From an uncultured Actinomycetota bacterium (GTDB lineage Bacteria > Actinomycetota > Actinomycetes > Sporichthyales > Sporichthyaceae): DNA of 64,000 nt. The notes beneath the pieces were generated by a model. The model was not told where the DNA came from. It worked only from the letters and a program-made list of their open reading frames with translations, and did not search any database. Position 1 is the first letter of the stretch; every line of letters begins with the position of its first letter. Of the stretch, positions 1 through 10,065 are shown in pieces. Where the stretch lies: NCBI GenBank assembly GCA_963769635.1, contig CAVYMN010000001.1, positions 1,676,109 through 1,740,108 on the forward strand, in the 5' to 3' direction. The translations under genes and the position numbers were made by a program.

Positions 1-944
1 TCCACGCCGTAGTGCGCCTTCATGTCGGTCGCGTACACGACGGCCCCGCCGCGGAAGGTCGCCGACGCTCCGGCCATGTCGGTCAGCGCCGCCGCGACAG
101 CGCCGCCGGTGAGCGACTCGGCGACCGCGACCGTGGCGCCCTTCGACGCGAGCAGGCGGTGCACGATCTCGTCGAGCCCGCGGCCGTCCGTGGAGTACGC
201 GGCGACCCCGACGAGCGCCACGACCTGCGCGGCGACCGCCTCGGCGACCCGCGCGTCGTCGGCGGTCACCTTCACCCGGACGTCACCGGCGTCGGCAAGG
301 TAGGCGAACCGGACCCCGGAGGCGGAGCCCTCGAGGCCGGCGAGCTTCTCCGCGATCGCGGACTCCCCCTCGAGCGCCACCCGGACGGTCACGGTGACGG
401 GTGCGGGGTGGTCGCCCGCCAGCGCCGCGACCTCGGCGACGACGGCGGGCAGCATCGCCTCGAGCTCACCGGGCACGCCGGGCAACGCGTAGACGACCGC
501 GGACCCGATCGCGATCCGCAGCCCGGGGGCGCTGCCCGTCGGGTTGACCAGCAGGACGGCGCCGTCGGGCACGTCCGCCTGCTGGAACGCCAGCGACGGG
601 ATCGGCACCCCGAACCGCTCGTAGATCTCGCGCAGGCGGGCCTCGACGCCCGGATCCCGGGTCAGGTCGACCCCCGCGGCTGCGGCCAAACCCTCCCGGG
701 TCACGTCGTCGGACGTAGGCCCGAGCCCGCCGCTGACGACGACCACGTCCGCCCGGGCCGCCGCCGCATGCACGGCGGCGGCGATATCCCCGAGGTCGTC
801 CGCGACCTCGACGACGGTCCGCAGCCCGAGCCCGACCCCCGAGAGCGCGCCCGCCAGGCGGGCGGTGTTGGAGTTCAGGACGGCCCCGGACAGCAGCTCG
901 TCGCCGACCGCGACCATCTCGATCCGCAACCCGGCGGTCCCCAT
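1..944 (-). CDS. cinA: CinA-family competence/damage-inducible protein (MoCF-binding N-domain plus PncC-type amidase C-domain); C-terminus lies beyond the window edge
   Basis: Absent from the ORF track because it is open at the window edge. Manual translation from ATG 944 gives MGTAGLRIEMVAVGDELLSGAVLNSNTARLAG...VVVVSGGLGPTSDDVTREG...VAVAESLTGGAVAAALTDMAGAS...GGAVVYATDMK with no stop. It lies 8 nt downstream of pgsA, as in other actinomycetes. Confidence 0.8.
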   Translation of the reverse strand, partial: MGTAGLRIEMVAVGDELLSGAVLNSNTARLAGALSGVGLGLRTVVEVADDLGDIAAAVHAAAARADVVVVSGGLGPTSDDVTREGLAAAAGVDLTRDPGVEARLREIYERFGVPIPSLAFQQADVPDGAVLLVNPTGSAPGLRIAIGSAVVYALPGVPGELEAMLPAVVAEVAALAGDHPAPVTVTVRVALEGESAIAEKLAGLEGSASGVRFAYLADAGDVRVKVTADDARVAEAVAAQVVALVGVAAYSTDGRGLDEIVHRLLASKGATVAVAESLTGGAVAAALTDMAGASATFRGGAVVYATDMKAHYGV

Positions 945-951
945 CCCCGGT

Positions 952-1584
952 CTAGCTCACGGCCCGCGCCGCTGCCTCCCGGCGCAGCCGCAGGGCGCGA
1001 TTCACGTAGTCGACACCCGTCACCAGGGCGACGGTCACACCGGCCGCCATGAGCACCTCGGTGAACACCTGCAGGAACCCGTGGAACGGCAGGACGTACA
1101 TGCCCATCGCGAAGTTCAGCAGCAGGGTCTTGGCCTTGCCGCCGCGGCTGGCCGGGATCACCCCGTGCTTGATCACCCAGAACCGAAGCAGCGTCACGCC
1201 GACCTCGCGGGCGAGCACCACGATGGTGATGATCCAGGGCAGGTCGCCGAGGTCGGACAGACCGATCAGCGCCGCACCCGTCAACGCCTTGTCGGCGATC
1301 GGGTCGGCGATCTTGCCGAAGTCCGTGACGAGCCCACGGCGCCGGGCGACCCGCCCGTCGATCGTGTCGGTGATCGCCGCGACGGCGAACACGCCCCACG
1401 CGGCCCAGCGCCAGCCGTCGTCGTGACCGCCCTCCGCGTAGAGCGCGACGAGGAACACCGGCACCAGCACCAGTCGGAGCGCGGTGAGCATGTTCGCGAT
1501 GTTCCAGGCGCTGACCTGCGCGACGGGGTCTGCCAAGTGGTCCGTTCCCTCGACAACCGAGGCGGCCGCCGGCTCCGGCATCAA
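952..1584 (-). CDS. pgsA: CDP-diacylglycerol--glycerol-3-phosphate 3-phosphatidyltransferase
   Basis: 210-aa ORF with the CDP-alcohol phosphatidyltransferase motif [27 protein letters not shown] and several hydrophobic helices. ATGA overlap with the rimO stop. Confidence 0.9.
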   Translation of the reverse strand: MMPEPAAASVVEGTDHLADPVAQVSAWNIANMLTALRLVLVPVFLVALYAEGGHDDGWRWAAWGVFAVAAITDTIDGRVARRRGLVTDFGKIADPIADKALTGAALIGLSDLGDLPWIITIVVLAREVGVTLLRFWVIKHGVIPASRGGKAKTLLLNFAMGMYVLPFHGFLQVFTEVLMAAGVTVALVTGVDYVNRALRLRREAAARAVS

Positions 1585-3128
1585 CCGGTCACGACCGCGA
1601 CGAGGTCGACGCCGTCCGTCCCGACCACCTTCGCGCTCACGATCTCACCCACCGCCGGTTCCGCCCCGGCGTGCCCGGCCACCAGCACCACGTTGCCGTC
1701 GACCTCCGGTGCCTGGTGCGCGCCCCGCCCTTCGGCGCACGCTTCGCCCCAGGTGTCCGCGCCGGGGTAGCGGAACGGGTCGTCCGACTCGACGAGCACC
1801 TCGACGCGGTCGCCGATCCGGTCCTCCGCGCGGGCGGCGGTCAGCTCCTCCACCAGGGACGTGAGTCGCTCGACCCGGTCCCGGATCTCTGCCTCGTCGA
1901 CCTTGCCGTCGAAGCCCACGGCCTCGGTGCCGTCCTCGTCCGAGTAGCCGAAGACGCCGACGGTGTCGAGCCGGGCGCCGATCAGGAAGCGCTCCAGCTC
2001 GGCGAGGTCCGCCTCGGTCTCGCCGGGGAAACCGACGATGATGTTCGTCCGAATCCCCGCGTCCGGCGCGTGCGACCGGATCTGCTCGACCAGGCCGAGG
2101 AAGCTGTCGGCGTCGCCGAAGCGCCGCATCCGGCGCAGCACGGGGCCGGACGCGTGCTGGAACGACAGGTCGAAGTACGGGGCGACGCCCGGGGTGGTCG
2201 CGATGACCTCCACGAGCGAGGGACGCATCTCGGCCGGCTGCAGGTAGTTCACCCGCACCCGCTCGATGCCGGGGACGGCGGCGAGCTGCGGCATCAGCAG
2301 TTCCAGCAGGCGCAGCTCGCCTAGGTCCTTGCCGTACGACGTCGAGTTCTCCGACACCAGGACGAGTTCCTTGACACCCTCGGACGCCAGCCAGGCCGCC
2401 TCGGTCAGGATCTCCCCCGGCCGTCTCGACAGGAACGAGCCGCGGAACGAGGGGATCGCGCAGAACGTGCAGCGGCGGTCGCAGCCGGACGCCAGCTTGA
2501 GCGGCGAGACGGGCCCGCCCTCCAGCCGGCGGCGCAGGGGGCGCGGGCCGCTCGCCGGCGCGGTGCCCGGCTCCAGGTCGGGGACGGTCCCGAGCGCGGC
2601 GGCCGCGGCGGCGAGCTCCTCGACAGCCGACAGTGTCGGTGCACCCGGACTGTCGGCGCCGTGCCCCGGCACCGCCACACCCTCGGCTGCGGCCTGCCGA
2701 TCGACCGGCGTGAGCGGCAGCAGCGCGCGGCGGTCCCGCGGGGCGTGCGGGACGTGCTTGCGGCCGTGCATCGCGGCCGTGAGGCGCTCGGAGATGTCGG
2801 CGTAGTCGTCGAACCCGAGGATCGCGTCGGCCTCCGGCAGCGCGGCAGCGAGTTCCGCGCCGTACCGCTCGGCGAGGCAACCGACCGCGACGACCGCCCG
2901 CGTCTTGCGTCCGTCCTTGAGGTCCGCGGCGGCCAGCAGGGTGTCGATGCTGTCCTTCTTCGCGGCCTCGACGAACCCGCACGTGTTCACCAGGACGACG
3001 TCGGCGTCCTCCGGGTCGGCGGCCATCGACCAGCCGTGCGATTCGAGCCGACCTGCAAGTTCTTCCGAATCGACCTCGTTGCGCGCGCAACCCATCGTGA
3101 GCAGGGCGACGGACGGATTCACCGGCAT
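1581..3128 (-). CDS. rimO: Ribosomal protein S12 methylthiotransferase RimO (radical SAM)
   Basis: MTTase N-domain ([23 protein letters not shown]), radical-SAM CxxxCxxC ([13 protein letters not shown]) and a TRAM-like C-terminus. Start placed at ATG 3128 ([14 protein letters not shown]); the track start at 3212 only adds an Arg-rich extension. Confidence 0.88.
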   Translation of the reverse strand: MPVNPSVALLTMGCARNEVDSEELAGRLESHGWSMAADPEDADVVLVNTCGFVEAAKKDSIDTLLAAADLKDGRKTRAVVAVGCLAERYGAELAAALPEADAILGFDDYADISERLTAAMHGRKHVPHAPRDRRALLPLTPVDRQAAAEGVAVPGHGADSPGAPTLSAVEELAAAAAALGTVPDLEPGTAPASGPRPLRRRLEGGPVSPLKLASGCDRRCTFCAIPSFRGSFLSRRPGEILTEAAWLASEGVKELVLVSENSTSYGKDLGELRLLELLMPQLAAVPGIERVRVNYLQPAEMRPSLVEVIATTPGVAPYFDLSFQHASGPVLRRMRRFGDADSFLGLVEQIRSHAPDAGIRTNIIVGFPGETEADLAELERFLIGARLDTVGVFGYSDEDGTEAVGFDGKVDEAEIRDRVERLTSLVEELTAARAEDRIGDRVEVLVESDDPFRYPGADTWGEACAEGRGAHQAPEVDGNVVLVAGHAGAEPAVGEIVSAKVVGTDGVDLVAVVTG

Positions 3129-3240
3129 GGGGCGCCGGCGGCGCGAGCGGGGGGTCACGAGGCACCAGGGTACGGGAGGTGACAAGGATCTCTCCCCGCC
3201 CGGGGGCCCCACCCGGGCGAAGCGCCGGGCGCGACGACGG

Positions 3241-3621
3241 TCAGCTCAGCACCCCGGCCACGACCAACGCGAGGGCGTAGATCGCCGTCAGGCCCAGCCC
3301 GACGGCCAGGATCAACGACCAGTTCCGCGGCGGACGCGGCCGGCGCTGCAGCTCCCGCGCGACGATGGCACTGCGGCGACCGCCCGCGGACCGGCCCGTC
3401 CGCGCGTCGTACGCGGCGAGCAGGGGGCCCGGGTCTAGGCCGACGGCCTCCGCAGCCTTGCCCAGGTGGCTCCGTTCGTAGACGTCGCCCGCACCGGAGA
3501 ACTCGTCGCGTTCGAACCGCACCAGGGTCGCCAGGCGGATCTTGGTCGTGCCGGCGACCTCGAACGGCGTCAGCCCCGCGTCCCGGCGGGCCGTCTTGAG
3601 CACCTCCCCGATGTTGGTCAT
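3241..3621 (-). CDS. XRE/RodZ-like helix-turn-helix protein with C-terminal membrane anchor
   Basis: Last 126 aa of chimeric track ORF 3241..4563. [37 protein letters not shown] is an HTH; C-terminal TM helix is [29 protein letters not shown] overlap with the ftsK stop. Confidence 0.75.
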   Translation of the reverse strand: MTNIGEVLKTARRDAGLTPFEVAGTTKIRLATLVRFERDEFSGAGDVYERSHLGKAAEAVGLDPGPLLAAYDARTGRSAGGRRSAIVARELQRRPRPPRNWSLILAVGLGLTAIYALALVVAGVLS

Positions 3622-6305
3622 TCGCCCCGCAGCCCCCCGATCACCGAGTCCACCTCGTCCGGCGGGATGAGCACGTCGCGTGCCTTCGAGCCTTCGCTCG
3701 GCCCGACGATGCCGCGGCTCTCCATCAGGTCCATCAGACGGCCGGCCTTGGCGAAGCCGACGCGCAGCTTGCGCTGCAGCATCGACGTCGAGCCGAATTG
3801 CGTCGTGATGACGAGCTCCGCGGCCTGACACAGCAGGTCGAGGTCGTCGCCGATGTCGCCGTCGACCTCGCCCTTCGACGCCCCGACCGGAACGGTCACG
3901 TCGTCGCGATAGGTCGCCTCCAGCTGCTCCTTGCAGTGCCGGACGACCGCCTCGATCTCGCTCTCGGGCAGGAACGCGCCCTGCATGCGGATCGGCTTCG
4001 ACGCACCCATCGGCAGGAACAGCCCGTCGCCCTGGCCGACCAGCTTCTCGGCGCCCGGCTGGTCGAGGATGACCCGCGAGTCGGCGAGGGAGCTGGTCGC
4101 GAACGCCAGCCGGGACGGGACGTTCGCCTTGATCAGGCCGGTGACGACGTCGACGGACGGCCGCTGCGTCGCCAGCACCAGGTGGATGCCGGCGGCCCGG
4201 GCGAGCTGCGTGATTCGCTGGATCGAGGCCTCCACGTCCCGCGGGGCGACCATCATCAGGTCGGCGAGCTCGTCGACGATGATCAGCAGGTACGGGTACG
4301 GCTTGTAGACCCGGTCGCTGCCCAGCGGCGGGGTGAGCTTGCCCGAGCGGACGGCCGCGTTGAAGTCGTCGATGTGCCGGAAGCCGCTGGCCTCCAGGTC
4401 GTCGTAACGCAGGTCCATTTCGCGCGCGACCCATGCCAACGCCTCGGCGGCCTTCTTCGGGTTCGTGATCACCGGGGTGATCAGGTGCGGGATGCCCTCG
4501 TACGCGGTCAGCTCGACCCGCTTCGGGTCGATCAGGATCAGGCGCACCTCTTCCGGGGTGCACCGCATGAGGATCGAGACGATCAGGGCGTTGATGCAGC
4601 TCGACTTGCCCGCGCCCGTCGCGCCCGCGATCAGGATGTGCGGCATTTTCGCGAGGTTCGCGCAGACGAAGCCGCCCTCCACGTCCTTGCCCAGGCCGAC
4701 GACCATCGGGTGGTGGTCGTTGCGCGCGGCCGGCGAGCGCAGGACGTCACCGAGGGTCACCCACTCGCGGTCCGTGTTCGGGATCTCGACGCCGATCGCG
4801 GACTTGCCCGGGATCGGCGACAGGATCCGGACGTCGGCGCTCGCGACCGCGTACGCGATGTTCTTCGACAACGCGGTGACGCGTTCGACCTTGACCCCGG
4901 GGCCGACCTCGACCTCGTACCGGGTCACGGTCGGGCCGCGGGTGAAGCCGGTGACCCGCGCGTCGAGGTCGAACTGCTCGAGGACGCCGGACAGGGCCGC
5001 CATCACCGAGTCGTTCGCCGCCGTCCGGGCCTTCGGCGCGGTGCCTGAGCTCAGCGCCGCCGGCGAGGGCAGGTGGTAGGTGACGTCACCCGTGAGCGCC
5101 AACTGCTGGACGCGCAGCGGCGGCGCGTTCGCGGGTGCCGGGAGCAGGTCGGGACCGGCGTCGACCGCGGCCGTCGGCGGCAGCAGCTTGGCGGGCTCGG
5201 GCGTGCGCTCCGGCCGGGCGACGCGAGGGGCGGCCGGCGCCTCCGCGGGCGAGGCCTGCGGCGGCACCTTGGGCAGGTTCGGCAGCGTGGGCGGGTCGGC
5301 CAGCAGCGGGCTCTCGAACGGCACCTCGCCCTCCGCGGTCCGAGCCGCTGTCTCGGCGGCCGTCGCCTCGTCCCGCTTGCGTCGCCGCGACCGGCCGCGG
5401 AGCGAGCCCTGCCGGTCCGACTCCTGGTCGTAGGGCACGTCGCGGCGGTCGACGAGACCGCCGGGTGGACGCGCGAACTCCTCGTCCGGGTCGACGTTGC
5501 GGGCCCCGGGGGGGCCGATGATCGGCGTCGCGAGCGCCCGCAGGCGCTGCGGCAGCGCGTTGAGTGGCGTCGCCGTGACCACGAGCAGACCGAACACGGA
5601 CAGCAACACGAACAGGGCCCCCGCCACCCCGCCGGACGTCGCGGTCGCCACCGGCTGTGCGATCAGGTAGCCGACCATGCCGCCGGCCTGGCGCATGCCC
5701 GTCGCGCCCTGCGCGGGCTCGGGCAGCCCGTGCGTGACGTGGACGAGACCGCAGACGCCGAACGCAAGCGTGGACGCGCCGATCGCGATGCGCCCGCCCT
5801 CCGTGCCGTCGCCGGTGTTGCGCAGGACGTGGATGCCGAGCGCGACGAGGGCGAGCGGGACGGCCAGGCCCGGTTCGCCGAACGTGCCCGCGACGACGCT
5901 GCGGACGCCGCGCCCGACCGGCCCCTCGAGACCCCACCACTCCCCCGCCGCCACGATCACTGCGACGCCGAGCAGCGCGAGGCCGAGGCCGTCGCGGCGG
6001 TGCGCCGGGTCGAGTTCGCGGGCGGTGCGGCCCATGCCGCGGGTCAGCTTGCCGACCCCGAACGCGATGCCCAGGTAGAGGCCCTCGAGCATCACCCAGA
6101 CCCCGAGGACCAGCCCCGCGACGGGGTTCACCTTCATCGTCTTGACGGCGAGGCGCCGAGCCGCGGTCTTCTGCGTCGGCGGCGGCGCGGCGGCGGCGCG
6201 CTTGCGAGGAGCGGACTTGCGGGCCGGCGCGGGCGGCGCGGCCTTGGTACGAGCCGGGGCCGGGCGCGTGGCGCGGGAGCCGCCGGCGGGCGTGCGGGTA
6301 GCCAT
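3618..6305 (-). CDS. ftsK: DNA translocase FtsK
   Basis: 895-aa ORF with N-terminal TM helices and a Pro/Ala-rich linker. Walker A is IAGATGAGKSSCINA, Walker B is LLIIVDELADLMMV. Gamma winged-helix is STSMLQRKLRVGFAKAGRLMDLMESRGIVG. Confidence 0.95.
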   Translation of the reverse strand: MATRTPAGGSRATRPAPARTKAAPPAPARKSAPRKRAAAAPPPTQKTAARRLAVKTMKVNPVAGLVLGVWVMLEGLYLGIAFGVGKLTRGMGRTARELDPAHRRDGLGLALLGVAVIVAAGEWWGLEGPVGRGVRSVVAGTFGEPGLAVPLALVALGIHVLRNTGDGTEGGRIAIGASTLAFGVCGLVHVTHGLPEPAQGATGMRQAGGMVGYLIAQPVATATSGGVAGALFVLLSVFGLLVVTATPLNALPQRLRALATPIIGPPGARNVDPDEEFARPPGGLVDRRDVPYDQESDRQGSLRGRSRRRKRDEATAAETAARTAEGEVPFESPLLADPPTLPNLPKVPPQASPAEAPAAPRVARPERTPEPAKLLPPTAAVDAGPDLLPAPANAPPLRVQQLALTGDVTYHLPSPAALSSGTAPKARTAANDSVMAALSGVLEQFDLDARVTGFTRGPTVTRYEVEVGPGVKVERVTALSKNIAYAVASADVRILSPIPGKSAIGVEIPNTDREWVTLGDVLRSPAARNDHHPMVVGLGKDVEGGFVCANLAKMPHILIAGATGAGKSSCINALIVSILMRCTPEEVRLILIDPKRVELTAYEGIPHLITPVITNPKKAAEALAWVAREMDLRYDDLEASGFRHIDDFNAAVRSGKLTPPLGSDRVYKPYPYLLIIVDELADLMMVAPRDVEASIQRITQLARAAGIHLVLATQRPSVDVVTGLIKANVPSRLAFATSSLADSRVILDQPGAEKLVGQGDGLFLPMGASKPIRMQGAFLPESEIEAVVRHCKEQLEATYRDDVTVPVGASKGEVDGDIGDDLDLLCQAAELVITTQFGSTSMLQRKLRVGFAKAGRLMDLMESRGIVGPSEGSKARDVLIPPDEVDSVIGGLRGE

Positions 6306-6383
6306 GATCGCAAGCTAATCGAGCACCCCGACAGAACCCGGCTGCCACGCCGCGCCCCGTCCGCGAGGATTCCTCGCACCCGC

Positions 6384-8071
6384 TCAGACCGCGACGACCA
6401 CCGGGATGATCATCGGGCGGCGACGGTAGGTGTCGTTGACCCAGCGGCCGACGACCCGGCGGACGAGCTGCTGGAGCTGGTGGGTCTCGCACACCCCGTC
6501 CGCGGCGGCGGACGCCAGGGCCTCGGCGATCAGCGGCACGACCGCGCTCAACGCGGAGTCCTCGATGCCCGACCCGCGGGCGAAGACCTCGGGACCGCCG
6601 GCGACCTTCCCGGTAGAGGCGTGTCCACGACGACGAACACCGACACGAACCCCTCGTCCCCGAGCAGCCGCCGGTCCTTCAGGGAAGCCTCGGTGACGTC
6701 GCCGACCGAGAGCCCGTCGACGTACACGTACCCGCACGGCACGGCGCCGGTGATCCGGGCGACCCCGTCGATTAGGTCGACGACGACCCCGTCCTCGGCG
6801 AGGACGACGCGGTCGGGCGGGACGCCCGTCAGGATCCCGAGGTCCGCGCAGGCGCGCAGGTGCCGCGACTCCCCGTGGACGGGCATGAGGTTGCGCGGCT
6901 TGACGAGGTTGAAGACGTACAGCAGCTCACCGGCGGACGCGTGCCCCGAGACGTGCACCAGCGCATTCGACTTGTGCACCACCCGCGCGCCCAAGCGGGT
7001 CAGCCCGTTGATCACTCGGAACACGTCGCTCTCGTTCCCCGGGATCAGCGAGGACGCGAGGATGACCGTGTCGCCCTCGACGATCCGGATGGCGTGGTCC
7101 CGGGCCGCCATCCGCGACAGCGCCGACATCGGCTCGCCCTGCGACCCGGTCGAGATCAGCACGACCTGCTCCGGCGGCAGGTCGTCGAGCGCTTTCACGT
7201 CCACCGTCAGACCCGGTGGCACCCGCAGGTAGCCGAGGTCGCGCGCGACTCCCATGTTGCGCAGCATCGAGCGGCCGACGAAGGCGACCTTCCGGCCGTG
7301 CGCCGCCGCCGTGTCCAGGACCTGCTGGACGCGGTGCACGTGACTCGAGAAGCAGGCGACGATGATCCGGCGGTCCGCGCGGGCGAACACCCGGTCGAGG
7401 ACGGGGGCGATGTCGCGTTCGCTCGGGACGAACCCCGGCACCTCGGCGTTCGTCGAGTCGACCATCAGCAGGTCGACGCCCTCGGTGCCGAGCCGAGCGA
7501 AGCCCGGCAGGTCCGTGAGGCGCCGGTCCAGCGGCAGCTGGTCGACCTTGAAGTCCCCCGTGTGCAGGACGAGGCCCGCGGGCGTCCGGATCGCCACCGC
7601 GATCGCGTCCGGAATGGAATGGTTGACCGCGAGAAATTCGCAGTCGAACGGCCCGAGCCGCTCCCGCCCGTCCTCGGCGACCTGCAGCGTGTACGGCCGG
7701 ATCCGGTGCTCGGTGAGCTTCGCCTCGGTCAGCGCGAGGGTGAGCTTCGAGCCGATGAGCGGGATGTCGGGCTTGCGCCGCAGCAGGTACGGGACGGCCC
7801 CGATGTGGTCCTCGTGGGCGTGGGTCAGGACGATCGCCTCGATGTCGTCCAGGCGACCCGCGATGTAGTCGAAGTCCGGCAGGATCAGGTCGACGCCGGG
7901 CTGGTCCGCCTCCGGGAACAGCACTCCGCAGTCGACGACGAGCAGCCGCCCGCCGTACTCGAACACGGTCATGTTGCGGCCGATCTCGCCGAGCCCACCC
8001 AGCGCGACGATCCGCAGGCCGCCGACGGGCAGCGCGCCCGGCCGGCCCAACCCGGGGTGCGGGTGGCTCAC
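6384..8071 (-). pseudogene. rnj: Ribonuclease J (metallo-beta-lactamase/beta-CASP), interrupted by one frameshift as sequenced
   Basis: The body is track ORF 6548..8137 (GGLGEIGRNMTVFEY, THAHEDHIGAVPYL). The conserved C-terminus STGKVAGGPEVFARGSGIEDS...RRPMIIPVVVAV continues in another frame (track ORF 6384..6737). The frame break is at ~6618-6628 and is consistent with loss of 1 nt. Start placed at GTG 8071 (VSHPHPGLG), 7 nt after a GGGGGG Shine-Dalgarno. Confidence 0.85.
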
Positions 8072-8123
8072 GCCCATTCCCCCCGCGGGCCCCCCGTGCT
8101 CGTTCCTCGCACGCCGGACCCGC

Positions 8124-9023
8124 TCAAATGGCCACACCGCCCGCGACCAGGTCCGCCTTCAGCACCTCGAGCTGAGCCGGCGTCGCGTCGGTCAGCGGCA
8201 GCCGGACGGGACCGGCGGGCAGGCCGAGCAGGTTCAGCGCGGCCTTCACCAGGATCACGCCTTGGGTCTTGAAGATGCCGTCGTACAGCGGGAGGAGGCC
8301 CCGGTGCAGCTCCAGGGCACCAGCGACGTCGCCCGCCGCGTAGGAGTCCGCCATCGACCGCAGCCGCGGGCCGGCGAGGTGGCCCACGACGCTGACGAAG
8401 CCGACGGCGCCGACCGAGAGCAGCGGCAGGTTCACCATGTCGTTGCCCGAGTAGTACGCCAGGTCGGTCGCCGTCAGGACCCAACTCGACGCCCCGAGGT
8501 CGTCCTTCGCGTCCTTCACGGCGACGATGCGGTCGTGCTGGGCGAGGCGGATCAGCGTCTCTGTCGAGATAGGCACCCCGCTGCGGCCGGGAATGTCGTA
8601 GAGCATGACGGGCAGCCCGGTCGCGTCGGCGACCGCCGTGAAGTGGCGGTACAGGCCCTCCTGCGGGGGCTTGTTGTAGTACGGCGTGACGACGAGCAGG
8701 CCGTAGGCGCCGGCCTTCTCGGCCTGCCGGGCCAGCTCGGAGGTGTGCCGCGTGTCGTTGGTACCGACCCCCGCGACGACGCAGGCGCGGTCGCCGACCG
8801 CCTCGACGACGGCGCGGACGATCTGCTCCTTCTCCGCGTCGGACGTGGTGGGGGATTCCCCTGTCGTGCCGTTCACGACGAGGCCGTCGTGTCCGTGCTC
8901 GACCAGGTAGGCGGCGAGGCGCTGCGCGCCGTCCAGGTCGAGGCTCCCGTCCGGCCCGAAGGGCGTCACCATCGCGGTGAGCACACGGCCGAAGGGAGTA
9001 GCGGGGCTCACACTCGATGACAT
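8124..9023 (-). CDS. dapA: 4-hydroxy-tetrahydrodipicolinate synthase
   Basis: 299-aa ORF with TAMVTPF, VNGTTGESPT and the class I aldolase (DapA/NAL family) layout. Confidence 0.93.
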   Translation of the reverse strand: MSSSVSPATPFGRVLTAMVTPFGPDGSLDLDGAQRLAAYLVEHGHDGLVVNGTTGESPTTSDAEKEQIVRAVVEAVGDRACVVAGVGTNDTRHTSELARQAEKAGAYGLLVVTPYYNKPPQEGLYRHFTAVADATGLPVMLYDIPGRSGVPISTETLIRLAQHDRIVAVKDAKDDLGASSWVLTATDLAYYSGNDMVNLPLLSVGAVGFVSVVGHLAGPRLRSMADSYAAGDVAGALELHRGLLPLYDGIFKTQGVILVKAALNLLGLPAGPVRLPLTDATPAQLEVLKADLVAGGVAI

Positions 9024-9264
9024 GCCGCAAAGTTACCGGGCGCAGGCACGCGCGCGCCGCCGGGATGTTTCATTCGACGTGTTCTCGAGGCCGACCGGCA
9101 ACCTGCGACCGCACCGCGGGAGGGCCTGGTAGGTGGACAAGTCGACCGCGCCGCTACCCGCTCGGGGGTCCGGGCAGCGGCGCGATCAACGACTGAATCG
9201 TAAGCCCGGAGCCGCGTGTTACGAAGGTTCTTCGGGAAACTCTCCACCCCGCCCTGCGCGCCGT

Positions 9265-10011
9265 TCAGGGCGCGACGCGGCCGCCTGTGCAGAACGCCTC
9301 ATGCGTGAGCGGCATGCGCGCGGCCCACGCGTCCTCCATCAGTTCCGCGACCATCTCGATCTCCCGCTGAGGGAAGGACGGGAAGGTCGAGTCGTCCCGC
9401 TTCGTCCGCAAGGACAGGAAGTTCATCAGCGCACGGGCGTTCATCGTCACGTACATGGACGAGTACGTGCCCACCGGCAGGACGATGCGCGCGACCTCGC
9501 GGGCGACGCCGGCGTCCAGCATCTCGAGGTAGGCCGCGTACGCGCGCCGGCACGACTCCTGGGTCGCCTCGACCGCCAGCTTGTGCTGTTCGGGGGTGCC
9601 GTCGACGAACGTGTACGCCCCCGGTTTGCCCTCCTGGACGAGCTTGCGCTGAGGCCCCGGCACGTAGAAGACCGGCCGAAGCTGGCGGTAGCGCCCGCTC
9701 TCCTCGTTGTACGACGCCACACGATGCCGCATGAACTCGCGGAACACGAAGATCGGCGCCTCGATGTAGAAGGTCATCGAGTTGTGCTCGAACGGGCTGC
9801 CGTGCCGGTCCCGCATCAGGTACCGGATCAACCCGACCGAGCGCGACGCGTCACCGTCCACGTCGGCCCGCGAGGCCTCTCCCCGGGTCGAGACCCGGGC
9901 GGCGAAGAGTACGTCCGCGTCCGAGGCCGAGGACTTGACGAGCTCCACCGTGACGTCGCTGCGGAACGTCACGTCCTGCGGGTCGTTTGTCCCCGTGCCG
10001 TCCGTGCCCAT
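9265..10011 (-). CDS. thyX: FAD-dependent thymidylate synthase ThyX
   Basis: 248-aa ORF carrying the ThyX signature RHRVASYNEESGRY (RHRxxSxxxxSxR). Confidence 0.93.
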   Translation of the reverse strand: MGTDGTGTNDPQDVTFRSDVTVELVKSSASDADVLFAARVSTRGEASRADVDGDASRSVGLIRYLMRDRHGSPFEHNSMTFYIEAPIFVFREFMRHRVASYNEESGRYRQLRPVFYVPGPQRKLVQEGKPGAYTFVDGTPEQHKLAVEATQESCRRAYAAYLEMLDAGVAREVARIVLPVGTYSSMYVTMNARALMNFLSLRTKRDDSTFPSFPQREIEMVAELMEDAWAARMPLTHEAFCTGGRVAP

Positions 10012-10065
10012 GCGGGCCTCCTTGGCGTTTGCTCTGCCGAGGAGGCCAGCCTCTCAGGCCGCCCG

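Noticed and set aside
9024-9264. 241-nt thyX-dapA spacer as a possible riboswitch or sRNA, including track ORF 9008..9247
   Set aside because: I recognised no conserved structure such as a lysine riboswitch core. The ORF is Arg-rich with no start context. The spacer is left unannotated rather than guessed.
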